Shown here: positions 19,658 to 29,784 of the stretch, piece by piece
Numbering within the stretch: the stretch's first letter is position 1
Layout of the letters: every line of letters begins with the position of its first letter
DNA from: an uncultured delta proteobacterium
GTDB taxonomy: Bacteria; Desulfobacterota; Binatia; UBA9968
Assembly: GCA_963737905.1 (NCBI GenBank)
Contig: CAVTUQ010000002.1
Span: 655,382 to 719,381 of the forward strand
Reading direction: 5' to 3'
Length of the DNA: 64,000 nt
Translations under genes and position numbers: made by a program
Notes under the pieces: model-generated
Databases searched by the model: none
What the model was told of the DNA's origin: nothing
Seen by the model: the letters and a program-made list of their open reading frames with translations, nothing else

Positions 19658-20644
19658 ATGATGGAGAAACCGAACACAATGATCTGGTTCCTTCTAACGC
19701 TTGTGATTTCGACGGCTCCAGCTTTGGCGCAGAATAAGGTGCGCATCAACTGGACAGCGGTCACTGGAGCCCAAAGCGGTATGTTTATGGCCAAACAGGA
19801 AGGACTGTTTAAAAAGCATGGTTTGGACGTGGAGTTGCTCCATATCCCTTCAAGTTCTCGAGCGATTCAAGCCATACTCGCAGGGGAGATTGCTATTTCC
19901 TTCATGGACGGTTCAAACGCCGTGCAAGCCAACTTGAAGGGAGCGAACTTGGCCCTCGTTGCCGGCGCGACGAACCGCATGGTCTTCTCGCTCATGGCGA
20001 AGCCAGAAATAAGGTTGGTCAGCGGTCTGCGCGGTAAGAAGATCGGTATCACACGGATCGGCTCCTCGACCCATACATCTGCACTGTTTGCCCTGAGCCA
20101 GGCCGGTCTGAAGCCTTCGGACTATCAGATCCTCCCCCTGGTTGAAGTGCCCAATATCTTGACTGCGTTGGCAGCAGGTCAGATCGATGCCGGAGTAGTC
20201 TCCCCACCCACCAACAGCAGGGCGCGCAAGGCTGGATTCAGGGAACTGGTTAATTTGGCTAGGGAGGGGCCGGAGTATGTATCGGTAGCGGTGGGTACAA
20301 GCCGGACTTACATGACTGCCAACGAGGATATCGTCCGGCGCGTTGTTCGTTCTTATACGGAGGGCGTCTACATGTTCAAAAGCAACAAGGCGGTTGCCCT
20401 AAAGATGATTGAAAGCCAGCTGCGAGTGAAAGATATTGATATTCAGGAGGACACTTATAATCAATTTCGTCAGTATCTGGAATACCCACCGTATGTTACC
20501 CGTAAAGCTATGGAGGCGGTCCTGGTAGAGCTAGGCGACAAGGATCTTGCAGCCAGAGCAGCCAAACCAGACGATTTTATCGATATGCGCTTTATCGTAG
20601 AGCTTGAAAAAGAGGGCTTCTTCAAGAAGTTCGCCGTAAAATAG
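19658..20644 (+). CDS. ABC substrate-binding protein, SsuA/TauA/NMT1 family
   Basis: Signal peptide, GLFKKHGLDVEL, LRGKKIGITRIGS, GQIDA; start ATG after GGAGG. Confidence 0.9.
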   Translation: MMEKPNTMIWFLLTLVISTAPALAQNKVRINWTAVTGAQSGMFMAKQEGLFKKHGLDVELLHIPSSSRAIQAILAGEIAISFMDGSNAVQANLKGANLALVAGATNRMVFSLMAKPEIRLVSGLRGKKIGITRIGSSTHTSALFALSQAGLKPSDYQILPLVEVPNILTALAAGQIDAGVVSPPTNSRARKAGFRELVNLAREGPEYVSVAVGTSRTYMTANEDIVRRVVRSYTEGVYMFKSNKAVALKMIESQLRVKDIDIQEDTYNQFRQYLEYPPYVTRKAMEAVLVELGDKDLAARAAKPDDFIDMRFIVELEKEGFFKKFAVK

Positions 20645-20686
20645 CCCCCGGCCCTACCGGTGTCACAAACAACAGAGCCAGCCCGA

Positions 20687-21394
20687 CTAGCCTGTGCTTT
20701 TGCGGAATTTTTTGACCCGACGAACAAAGTAATCCCACATCGAGCCCAATCGATGTGGCGTGTATATCTGCTCGTATTTGACCCTCGCTTCCTCTTCGCT
20801 GGTCCAGGACGGATCACCGCAAGCGAGAGCCATCAACTGGATGCGCGCCGCCTTCTCAAGAAATATGGCGTAAAGGGTTGCCACCTCGATGCTCTCGCCT
20901 ACTACTGTGGAGCCATGATTTTTCATTAGCAGGCCACGGCATTTGCCAAGGCTTTTCGCTACTTCCTTCCCTAGCTCCGCCGACCGAATGAGCGCCGTTG
21001 TGTAATCAAATAGCGGCAGGCCATCGTGGAAGATGTTGCCTTCATGGCTGATGGGCCGGAGCGGCTGCCCGAGCGCGCCGAAGGTAGTGGCATATGGCGG
21101 ATGCGAGTGGACGACACAGTTCACGTCGGAGCGCGCCTTATAGATCTCCGTATGGATAAAGACCTCGGAGTGACGCTCATACTTGCCCTCGACCTTTTTG
21201 CCGTTAAAATCCACGACGATAATGTGTTGGGGGCGGATCTCTTCGAAACCAAAACTATGCGGCTTCATCAAGATACGATCCTGTCCGGGAATCCGCACGG
21301 AAACATGGCCTAGAATGTTATCCCAATGGCCCTCGTAGGCGAGGATATTACAGGAATACGCCAGCGTTTCTTTTAGTTCCTTGATGCTCGGCAT
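20687..21394 (-). CDS. Class II aldolase/adducin family protein
   Basis: GHVSVR, EVFIH, HSH, KNHG metal ligands. Confidence 0.9.
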   Translation of the reverse strand: MPSIKELKETLAYSCNILAYEGHWDNILGHVSVRIPGQDRILMKPHSFGFEEIRPQHIIVVDFNGKKVEGKYERHSEVFIHTEIYKARSDVNCVVHSHPPYATTFGALGQPLRPISHEGNIFHDGLPLFDYTTALIRSAELGKEVAKSLGKCRGLLMKNHGSTVVGESIEVATLYAIFLEKAARIQLMALACGDPSWTSEEEARVKYEQIYTPHRLGSMWDYFVRRVKKFRKSTG

Positions 21395-21425
21395 TGTCTC
21401 TCCCTATTTGCGTGCGGTTTATGCT

Positions 21426-22969
21426 TTAGCCTTGCGTCCGCAGTCGGAATCTTTGGATTTTTCCGGTGACCGTCTTTGGCAGGTCGTCCACAAACTCCAC
21501 CCAGCGGGGATATTTATAGGGCGCGAGTTTGCTCTTTACGTGGGACTGAAGGTCGGTTTGTAACTGGGCGCTTGCCGTGAACTCGCTCTTCAATAAGACG
21601 TACGCTTTGGGTTTGAGCAATCCATCAGCGTCCTGGCCGCCTATGACAGCGGCCTCCAGCACGGCTGGATGCTCCATCAGGGTATTTTCGATTTCTATGG
21701 GCGAGACCCAAAGGCCGCCAACTTTAAGCATGTCATCGGACCGGCCGCAGTACCAATAATAGCCCTCAGCATCCCGGTAGTAGGTGTCGCCGGTCTTGAG
21801 CCATTCACCCTGCATCATTTTCTTCGTCTGCTCGTGCTTGTTCCAGTAGTAGGGCGCATTAGCATCACCCTTGACCATGAGATTTCCCACTTCGCCCACC
21901 GGTACCTCGCGACCCTCGTCGTCAACGATTTTCGCTTCAAAGGCAGGTGTCACTTCGCCGCTGCTTCCCGCCTTGGCCCTTCCTGGCCGATTGGCAAGAA
22001 AGTCGTGAGTTGCCTCGGTGGAGCCTACCACGTCCAAAAGCTCGACGCCGAAGCGATCCTTCCATTGATGAAACAGGGCAGGCGGCAGAGGTTCGCCAGA
22101 GGAGAGACAGACGCGCAGCGAGCTCAAATCGTACTTTCTTTCTACCCGCAGGAAGCGAGCGAAAAGGGTCGGTACGGAAAAAAAGAAAGTGGGCTGATAT
22201 TTCTCGATGACCTGAAGAATTTTTTCGGGATCGGGTTTTTCGGGCCAGAGAACCGTTGTGGCGCCGAAGCGGAACGGGAAATAGAGCGAATTGCCCAAGC
22301 CGTAGGAGAAAAACATCTTGGAAGCTGAGAAGCATAAATCGGTTTCGTTCATTTTAAGTATCGGCTTCACGAACAAGTCGCTGATCGTGATCATGTCGTG
22401 CTGAAGATGAACGGCGCCCTTCGGCGCGCCCGTGCTGCCTGACGTGTAGGCCCAGAAGCCTACATCGTCTTTGCTCGTCTTTTCGGCCTCAAGTTGATCG
22501 GAAGCTTTATCGATAAGGCCCTCGAAGGAAAGCGCTTTTCCGATCGGCTTGCCGACGACGATGATATGTTTAAGAAAGCGGGTGCCGTCCCAGATCTTTT
22601 TGATTTCAGGAAGAACCGATTCATGAGCGATGATCGCCCGCGCGCGACTATCATTTAGCAGGTAGTCATAATCTTTGGCGGCCATCCAGGGATTAGTGGG
22701 AATCGGCACGGCGCCGATCTTGATGGCGCCAAAAAAACTAAAAGCGAATTCAGGTGAGTCCGGCAATACCAATAAACACCCGGTGCTCGATCTCCACACC
22801 TAGTTCTTTGAGGGCGTTGCCGGTTCGGTTAACTTTCTCGAAGACTTCCTGGTAGGTGATCTTTCTGATCCTGATAATAGATCGCCGTGCGTTGACCACG
22901 TCCCTCGGCGATATTATCGTCCACAAAGGTCGTGGTGGCATTGTAAATATCAGGCAGGTCGACGTTCAT
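21426..22969 (-). CDS. Benzoate-CoA ligase family protein (two +1 frameshifts near 5' end)
   Basis: YTSGSTGAPKG, KMFFSYGLGN, GSTE, GRSDDMLKVGG, LPKTVTGK. N-terminus MNVDLPDIYNA from 22969 lies in other frames. Confidence 0.88.
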
Positions 22970-22985
22970 GGATATTTTATACGCG

Positions 22986-23032
22986 TCGAGAATGGAGGAT
23001 CGCGATCCTCCATCCTCGATCTTCTATCCTCG
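22986..23032. repeat. Intergenic palindrome built from heptamer ATCCTC(C/G) repeats
   Basis: TCGAG-A-ATGGAGGATCG|CGATCCTCCAT-C-CTCGA, then ATCTTCT ATCCTCG. Confidence 0.7.
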
Positions 23033-23034
23033 CT

Positions 23035-24507
23035 TCACTCGCCGCCAACCATCTCCGACTGGGTCTCGGTTGCGATCACGACGGACTTCGAGTCGGTGTA
23101 ATGTTCGATGGCCTCCTCGCCGTGCTCTTTGCCCAAACCGCTCTGCTTTACGCCACCGAATGGTAGCTCATCATAGATGATCTGTGCGGAGTTAACCCAG
23201 GTATATCCGGCCTCGATTCTCTCGGCCCCGGCCATGGCCCTGTTAATGTCGCGGGTCCAGATGGAAGAACCCAAGCCAAAGATGGAATTGTTGGCCTGTT
23301 CTATGGCCTGGTCGAGGTTTTTGACCCGAACAATCGGCAGGGCCGGGCCGAAGCATTCCTCCTGCAAGAGCCGAGACGAGGGGTCGACGTTCGCCACCAA
23401 GGTCGGCTGGAGATAGAAGCCTTTGTCGTACTCGTCACTCTTGGGTCGCTGAGCTCCGTACAGGAGCTTGGCCCCACGCTTCACCGCATCCTCCACTTGT
23501 TCTTCGACCTCTTGGCGCTGCTCTTTGGTGTGCAGCGGACCCATAAGAGTATCTTTGCTCAGGCCGTTGCCGACTTTGATTTTCTTAGCTTTTTCGACCA
23601 GTTTTTCCACGAAAGCGTCGGCGATGTTGTCAAACAGATAGAGTCGCTTGACTGCCAAACAGGCTTGACCGCAATTGAAAAAACGTCCAACAGACGCGGC
23701 GCTCACCGCCCGATCGATATCCGCATCGTCGCAGACGATCATCGGATCGCTGCCACCCAGCTCCAAGGTGACGTGCTTAAAGTCCTTAGCGGCGGACTGC
23801 ATCACCCGTCTTCCGGTGTCTGTCGCGCCGGTGAAACCAATCTTGCGCACGGTGGGGTTGACCAGCAGTTCTTCACCGACTACGCTTCCTGGGCCGGTGA
23901 CGACGTTGAGAACTCCCTTTGGGCCACCGCCATCTTGAATCGCCTTGTCGATCAATTCGCAGACCCGAACATCCGTAAGTGGAGTGGTGCCGGCGGGCTT
24001 AACAACTACTGTGTTGCCAGCCAGCAGCGCCGGGCCGAGCTTGTTACCCATCAAGGATACCGGGAAGTTCCACGGCACGATGGCGCCACATACTCCGAGA
24101 GGTTTGCGCAGCACCAAGCCATGGCGACCGTTATCGAGGACGACCGCGCCGGTCCGGAGGCTCTTTGCCATTCCCCCGTAGTGATCCATAGTGTGAACGA
24201 AACGGCGAATTTCCAGTATTGATTCGCGCAACGGCTTACCCTGCTCACGGGTGAGAAGGTCTGCAAGTTCCTTTTCTTGTTGAAGAATTAAATGGCCTGC
24301 CTGGAGTAATATAGAACCGCGCTTGGCCGGTGCCATCAGGGACCATTTTTTCAAAGCATTCGCAGCCACATCAATAGCCCGGCGGATGTCAGCAACTGTT
24401 CCTTTGGGTACCGAATCAACCACCTCGCCCGTAGCCGGATTGCGGACCGGGGTGGTTTCTTTGCTTTCGGAATCAATAAACTCACTGGCGACCAAGAGCT
24501 GTGCCAT
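23035..24507 (-). CDS. NAD(P)-dependent aldehyde dehydrogenase
   Basis: PWNFP, FTGAT, LELGG, NCGQAC, EECFGP, PFGGVKQSGLGKE. Confidence 0.96.
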   Translation of the reverse strand: MAQLLVASEFIDSESKETTPVRNPATGEVVDSVPKGTVADIRRAIDVAANALKKWSLMAPAKRGSILLQAGHLILQQEKELADLLTREQGKPLRESILEIRRFVHTMDHYGGMAKSLRTGAVVLDNGRHGLVLRKPLGVCGAIVPWNFPVSLMGNKLGPALLAGNTVVVKPAGTTPLTDVRVCELIDKAIQDGGGPKGVLNVVTGPGSVVGEELLVNPTVRKIGFTGATDTGRRVMQSAAKDFKHVTLELGGSDPMIVCDDADIDRAVSAASVGRFFNCGQACLAVKRLYLFDNIADAFVEKLVEKAKKIKVGNGLSKDTLMGPLHTKEQRQEVEEQVEDAVKRGAKLLYGAQRPKSDEYDKGFYLQPTLVANVDPSSRLLQEECFGPALPIVRVKNLDQAIEQANNSIFGLGSSIWTRDINRAMAGAERIEAGYTWVNSAQIIYDELPFGGVKQSGLGKEHGEEAIEHYTDSKSVVIATETQSEMVGGE

Positions 24508-24598
24508 GGAATCCTCCGTTTTGTTTCAGAATTTCAAGAACAATCATGTTCATAGGTGGTTGTCAAGAATTAGCGATGCAACACTAGGCAAACACAAA

Positions 24599-24635
24599 CA
24601 TAGGGGCCCGACTCGGGGGAATTCGGGCCCCTATG
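24599..24635 (-). terminator. Intrinsic terminator hairpin
   Basis: 13-bp stem CATAGGGGCCCGA/TCGGGCCCCTATG, followed on the minus strand by a U-rich tail. Confidence 0.7.
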
Positions 24636-24673
24636 GATGAAATCAACCTGGTTGAACTGTCTTGTTCGGCGCG

Positions 24674-25531
24674 TTAGGAGCCCACGGCCTCCTTCAGCCG
24701 TGTTCGCGGTCGGGCACCGGACGCCAGTTTAAGGGTCAGCTCGGCGATCTCGCTACCGCGCGCAAACCAAACCCCCTGGTGCTTTTGTATGTACTGGATC
24801 ATCTCTTTTAAAGCCTTAGCGCGACCCGGCCGGCTCGAAATATAGGGATGGATCTGAAAAGGACAAAAGGTGGGTCCGTTTTTTGACTCCTCGTAGAGTT
24901 CATCGAAAAAAGCTTGCCAAATGACCTCTGCATCGCTCGGGTTTCCCGAGTCTCTGTGAGTGTAGACCCTGCCGTCACCGAAAGGATGTCTAGGCAGCTC
25001 AGCCAGCATACCATTGTCTCTTTCCCAGACGAAGGGAAGATCATGAGAGAATGAATTACTGTTCCAGAGGAATCCGTGCTCCATCAAGAGTTCTAGGCTA
25101 TTGGGACTCTGCGTGCAGGAGCGCCAGCCGACCGGCCGCTTTCCTGTCCGCTTCTCGATCATCTCAATGGTCTTGCGCATGACTTCGCGCTCTTCCTCAC
25201 GGGTCAGATCCCGCGCGACCTCGTGATGATAGCCGTGGCCGGCGATCTCATGGCCTTTTTGAACGATTGCCTTGACCGCTTCGGGATAGCGTTCGGCAAT
25301 GGCACCGCAGGTGAGAAACGTCCCCTTCACGCCGGTCTCGTCCAAGATTCGAAGAATTCTCCAAATGCCGGTCTGGGGACCGTATTCGCCCTGCGTCCAT
25401 TCCTCGTGGTTGATTCTTCCGTTGCGATCCGCCTTCACGTCCTCACCGCCCTGAAAATCAAACGTGAGCACGACGGCCATGCGATATCCATCCGGCCAGC
25501 TTAGCTTTTCTCTGAAATGCAGCTCTTGCAT
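24674..25531 (-). CDS. Polysaccharide deacetylase (CE4)/PuuE-like protein
   Basis: WPDG, TFDF, EYG, HEIAGHGYHH, PVGWR, HPYIS. Confidence 0.88.
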   Translation of the reverse strand: MQELHFREKLSWPDGYRMAVVLTFDFQGGEDVKADRNGRINHEEWTQGEYGPQTGIWRILRILDETGVKGTFLTCGAIAERYPEAVKAIVQKGHEIAGHGYHHEVARDLTREEEREVMRKTIEMIEKRTGKRPVGWRSCTQSPNSLELLMEHGFLWNSNSFSHDLPFVWERDNGMLAELPRHPFGDGRVYTHRDSGNPSDAEVIWQAFFDELYEESKNGPTFCPFQIHPYISSRPGRAKALKEMIQYIQKHQGVWFARGSEIAELTLKLASGARPRTRLKEAVGS

Positions 25532-25737
25532 GATCCTGTTTCTCCCTTCGATTCGGTATTCTAAGGCTGAATCTCGCTCAAACATAACAAAGAGGGTGAC
25601 GGAGTTGCAAGGCGATTCTTGCCTGGCGATTTCAAGCTTGCTCTCAATTTCATCCCTGTGTTAACCATTGGACGTAGAAGACGCTCAGTATCGCAAGACG
25701 CAGCTTGGCCAAACTGCGTTGGGAGGAGTTTGAAACT

Positions 25738-26883
25738 ATGCGAAACGGCTTCAAAATCTTTGACGCGGATACGCATGTGAGACCCGACTCGGATCTTCTT
25801 GAACCCTACCTTTCAACAACGGCGCTTGCAAAACTCGGCCAGTTCGAGCAGTACCGGACAAAAAACAAAGAAGGTGCGGTCACCTATCTTATGGGTACAC
25901 GTCACTATAAGCGCCGGCTCGGAGCTGCTGATGATGAAGCTCCTGAGAATCAAGATTATATGCGGGGCTATAAGAGGCATCAGCACGGCAAACCTGATCC
26001 GCTCTGTGAGCGGGACCCCGCAGCGAGAATCAAAGATATGGATATCGAGGGCGTCGACGTCAATCTGATGCTTCCCTCCGGTTGGTTCGGTGCCTGGACC
26101 ACAATCGAAGATGTGAGCCTAGAGATGGCTCTTTATGAAGCTTACCATCGCTGGATGGCAACTTATTGCGGAGCGTTTCCCAGTCGTCTGAAAGGCGTGA
26201 TTCTCATCTCCGCGCGGGATGTTAGCGGCTCTCTGGCTGAGCTCCACCGTTGTGTAAAGGAGTCATGGCCGCTGGCAGTCTTCGTTTATACCCCTTACCA
26301 GTTTCCACTCGATCATCCGGACTTGGAGCCGGTTTGGAAGGCTGCGGCCGAGAACGATTTGGCCATCGCGCTGCACACTTTCACGGTGATGCCGCCCTAT
26401 GCGCCCGGCGGTTTGGACTCTTGGGATAATTTGTGGTTGCAAAGGTCAGCGGCTCATCCCTGGTGCGGCCAGCGTAACATGGCTGCGATAATCGGCGCTG
26501 GCATCATGGATCGCTATCCAAATATCAGGGTCGGCACATTGGAGGCCGGCCACGGATGGCTGCCGGCCTGGGTGAATCGCTTGGAAGAACACACCAAGCT
26601 CTGTCCTGAAGCTCTGCCGGAGCTAAGCCAAACGATTCGCGATTATGTAACCGGCGGTCGCTATTTTCAAAGCATCGAGGTCTCAGAGGGAGCGGCGCTC
26701 ACTCAGATGGTCATTGATCTTCTGGGCCCCGACATTCTCATGTTCGGTTCGGACTATCCGCACGGCGAAAGCTGGTTTCCGGTGGCCGTGGATACGGTTT
26801 TCGGTTGGAACCTTAAAGAGGATCACATGCGCAAGCTCCTTTGGGACAACGCCGCCCGATATTACCGGCGTTACGCGGGATGA
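25738..26883 (+). CDS. Amidohydrolase family 2 protein
   Basis: FDADTH, DMDIEGVD, LEAGHGW, FGSDYPH, LWDNA. Confidence 0.9.
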   Translation: MRNGFKIFDADTHVRPDSDLLEPYLSTTALAKLGQFEQYRTKNKEGAVTYLMGTRHYKRRLGAADDEAPENQDYMRGYKRHQHGKPDPLCERDPAARIKDMDIEGVDVNLMLPSGWFGAWTTIEDVSLEMALYEAYHRWMATYCGAFPSRLKGVILISARDVSGSLAELHRCVKESWPLAVFVYTPYQFPLDHPDLEPVWKAAAENDLAIALHTFTVMPPYAPGGLDSWDNLWLQRSAAHPWCGQRNMAAIIGAGIMDRYPNIRVGTLEAGHGWLPAWVNRLEEHTKLCPEALPELSQTIRDYVTGGRYFQSIEVSEGAALTQMVIDLLGPDILMFGSDYPHGESWFPVAVDTVFGWNLKEDHMRKLLWDNAARYYRRYAG

Positions 26884-27794
26884 GACCGACAACAAGATTG
26901 CGGCAGCTCCTGCGACGGAAAAATAAGGTCCTCGCCGTCCTTGGTGCCCCTAATGCTTTTCATGCGAAGATCATGGAGGCCAACGGTATCGAGGCCTGTT
27001 TCGTCGGCACGAGCATCACCGGCGGCAACTACACCGGGCTTCCGGATCTCGGCATATTGTCTATGACCGAATGCGTCGAGATTGCCAAGTGGATCGCCCG
27101 CAGCGTGAAGATTCCTGTCATCCTCGATGGCGATACGGGCCATGGTGGGATCATGGCGGTGCGCCGGCTAGTACGAGAATGCATCGATGCGGGCCTCGCG
27201 GGGCTGCGCCTTGACGATCAACCGTTAGAGCAGAAGCGGCGGACAATGTCCGCCGGTATCTCGATCGTCTCGCGCGAGGAGGCCGTCGCACGCTATCGCG
27301 CGGCAGTGGACGCGAAAAATGAAATTGATCCCGACTTCGTGATTATGGCCCAGTGTTATGCGCGTAACGCTGTCAACGGCGGCATGGCAGAGACGCTGAA
27401 AAGGCTTAGGCTATATGAAAGGGAAGGGGGCGTCGATTGGGTGCAGTTCGAAGCGCCCCATTCAATCGATGAGATTAAGCGCGCTCGCAAAGCGGTAAGG
27501 GGACCGTTTTCGGCCATGAAAGGTCAATTGCCGAGGGCTCTAAGTCTAGAAGAGCATAAAGATTTACGGCTCAGCGCGGCTTGGTACACGTTCCTTCCCG
27601 ACCAGGTTCTCAAAGCTTCGGCCTGGTCCTTCTTGCAGGCCTTTAGAGGGCAGGGTATTCGGGCATGGGAAGAGTTTATCGCTGCAAATCCTGACACGCC
27701 GTTTACCGGCGGCAAGAAATGGAGCTGGGATGTGACCGGTATGATGGAGCTGAGTACGCTCGAAGCGAAGTATGCCAGCAAGCGGCGGAGATGA
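26880..27794 (+). CDS. Isocitrate lyase/PEP mutase family protein, atypical active-site loop
   Basis: PDLG, DGDTGHG, FEAP; ATGA overlap with the amidohydrolase stop. Confidence 0.85.
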   Translation: MRPTTRLRQLLRRKNKVLAVLGAPNAFHAKIMEANGIEACFVGTSITGGNYTGLPDLGILSMTECVEIAKWIARSVKIPVILDGDTGHGGIMAVRRLVRECIDAGLAGLRLDDQPLEQKRRTMSAGISIVSREEAVARYRAAVDAKNEIDPDFVIMAQCYARNAVNGGMAETLKRLRLYEREGGVDWVQFEAPHSIDEIKRARKAVRGPFSAMKGQLPRALSLEEHKDLRLSAAWYTFLPDQVLKASAWSFLQAFRGQGIRAWEEFIAANPDTPFTGGKKWSWDVTGMMELSTLEAKYASKRRR

Positions 27795-28828
27795 ACCGAA
27801 TGAGAAGAGTCATTTTTCTTATCGTCTATGTGAGTTTCTTTACGCCGTCGCTTCAGGCACAGAGCGATTTTTACAAAGGTAAACAGATGAAGATTGTCGT
27901 CGGCGCTTCCACCGGCGCAGCCAGCGATCTCTACGCCCGGGTGGTTGCTCATCACCTGCCCAAACAGATTGCGGGAAAGCCTGATATCATTGTGCAGAAT
28001 ATGCCTGGTGGCGGATCCATAACTGCAGCCAACTATGTCTATAGTGTGGCTAAACCCGACGGACTGACTCTTGGAGCGGTTACTGCGCCGGTCTATTTCG
28101 CCCAGCTGCTGGGTCGCAAAGAAGTTCAGTTTGACTGGGGGAAATTCACCTGGATCGGGACGCCGGAAGAGAACGACGAGTTGTTTTTCCTTCGATCGGA
28201 TCAGCCCTACAAGACGTTGCTCGATCTCCGCAAGGCCAGCGAACCGCCGCGCTGCGGTGCCTCGGGAGTTGGCAGCACGGGCTTCTATATTCCTAAACTT
28301 TTGGAGGAGATTTTCAGGTTGAAAATCAACATGGTCACTGGATATCCAGGGGCAGCAGACGTGGATGTGGCCGTGGAAAAAAACGAAGTTCACTGCCGCG
28401 GGACAACGATCAGCGCTTTTTTTGGTCGTGAACCCGGTCGAACCTGGGCCAAGAATGGGTTTGTGAGGTTCCTTGTGCAGACAGGGGACAAGAGAAATCA
28501 TAGACTGCCGGACACGCCGACGATCTGGGAATTGATGGACCAAGAAAAGGGAACGGAGGCAAAAAGGCGTTTAGCACGAGTCGTGCTGGGCCCGGGGGCC
28601 TTTGGTCGGCCGATTTTGGCGACGCCGGGGATTCCCACAGACCGAGTCAAGATTCTGCGCGAAGCCTATACGCAGATGCTTAAAGATCCGGAGTTCGTTG
28701 CTGATGCAAACAAACGACAGTGGGAGATAAATCCCGTCAGCGGTGAGAAGCTGGAAGCTCTGGCCAAAGAGGTTATCAATCAGCCGCCGGAAATCATCGA
28801 GCGGATGAAAAAAGTAATGGGAGAATGA
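27791..28828 (+). CDS. TctC/Bug tripartite tricarboxylate transporter substrate-binding protein
   Basis: Signal peptide, FYKGK, VQNMPGGGS, AKPDGLT, PDTPT. Confidence 0.9.
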   Translation: MNRMRRVIFLIVYVSFFTPSLQAQSDFYKGKQMKIVVGASTGAASDLYARVVAHHLPKQIAGKPDIIVQNMPGGGSITAANYVYSVAKPDGLTLGAVTAPVYFAQLLGRKEVQFDWGKFTWIGTPEENDELFFLRSDQPYKTLLDLRKASEPPRCGASGVGSTGFYIPKLLEEIFRLKINMVTGYPGAADVDVAVEKNEVHCRGTTISAFFGREPGRTWAKNGFVRFLVQTGDKRNHRLPDTPTIWELMDQEKGTEAKRRLARVVLGPGAFGRPILATPGIPTDRVKILREAYTQMLKDPEFVADANKRQWEINPVSGEKLEALAKEVINQPPEIIERMKKVMGE

Positions 28829-28841
28829 TTGGGGGACACCG

Positions 28842-29714
28842 ATGAATATTGAAAAATACATCGTCAAAGCGCGACCGGGGGTCGTCGGCGGAAAGTTCGA
28901 GGAAAAGCGGCCGCTACGCGAGCGCATCGAGCTTCCGGTCAAGAGACACATTTTCATCAACCGTGATTCCCACCCGGATGCCGACATCTATGTCGCGATC
29001 CATGAAGCTAAGGATCTGCCGGCGAACGTGCCGGACTATCAGGTACCCCACTTTCACAACACCGACGAGTTCTACTACTTCATCGGCAATAATCCCGACC
29101 TGTCTGGTCTGGAAGGCCAGATCATCTTCGAAGGTCGGGTGCATAAAATCGTTTCGCCTGCGTGTGTCTATATTCCTACCGGTGCGGTCCACGAGTATAA
29201 AGTCACCCGCGGCGCGGGGACGGTGACGGTGCTGTTCAGAAACCGCGGTTACACACATGAAGATAAGCAACCTGACGTAGAGAAGGGAAATAGAGAAGCC
29301 GCTAAGTTTGCGAGTTACATTATAAAACCCGCAGTGCGCCCGACGACCGAAATCAAATATCACACCGACGCGGCGCCCGGAGTACGTTACGTATTCGTAG
29401 ACGGCAAGCTCAGGCCAGAAGCAGGCTTTTACACCGTCGTTCGGAGTGTCTCCAACGTCCAGCCGACACAGGCTAACTACGTGGAGAAGCACACACACAA
29501 CTGCGACACTCAGCACATCGCGATTGGAACCGGGCCTGAACTTACCGGCCTAAAAATCGAATTCATTATCCGCGACGAGAAAGTGGTTGTCGAGAGCCCG
29601 GTGGGCGTATATATCCCGGCAGGCACGCCACATTGCCAGCGTATTATCGAGGGCTCGGGCCACTTCTTTAACTTCGTCCCGGCAGCCACTTACAACGAGA
29701 GTCTGGTTCAATAG
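28842..29714 (+). CDS. Tandem two-domain cupin-like protein
   Basis: Duplicated motif HxHNxD...G...L.GL...SP..VYIP.G..H in both halves. Confidence 0.75.
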   Translation: MNIEKYIVKARPGVVGGKFEEKRPLRERIELPVKRHIFINRDSHPDADIYVAIHEAKDLPANVPDYQVPHFHNTDEFYYFIGNNPDLSGLEGQIIFEGRVHKIVSPACVYIPTGAVHEYKVTRGAGTVTVLFRNRGYTHEDKQPDVEKGNREAAKFASYIIKPAVRPTTEIKYHTDAAPGVRYVFVDGKLRPEAGFYTVVRSVSNVQPTQANYVEKHTHNCDTQHIAIGTGPELTGLKIEFIIRDEKVVVESPVGVYIPAGTPHCQRIIEGSGHFFNFVPAATYNESLVQ

Positions 29715-29784
29715 CGATCGTTACGAATGAGGAGAAAATGTCGAAGGTAAGAGAACGCGAAGCCACTCGAGATTTGGGGGGAAA

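Noticed and set aside
23497-24222. 241-aa plus-strand ORF
   Set aside because: Antisense shadow of the aldehyde dehydrogenase.
27524-28543. 339-aa minus-strand ORF
   Set aside because: Antisense shadow of TctC and the ICL-family gene; no recognisable motifs.
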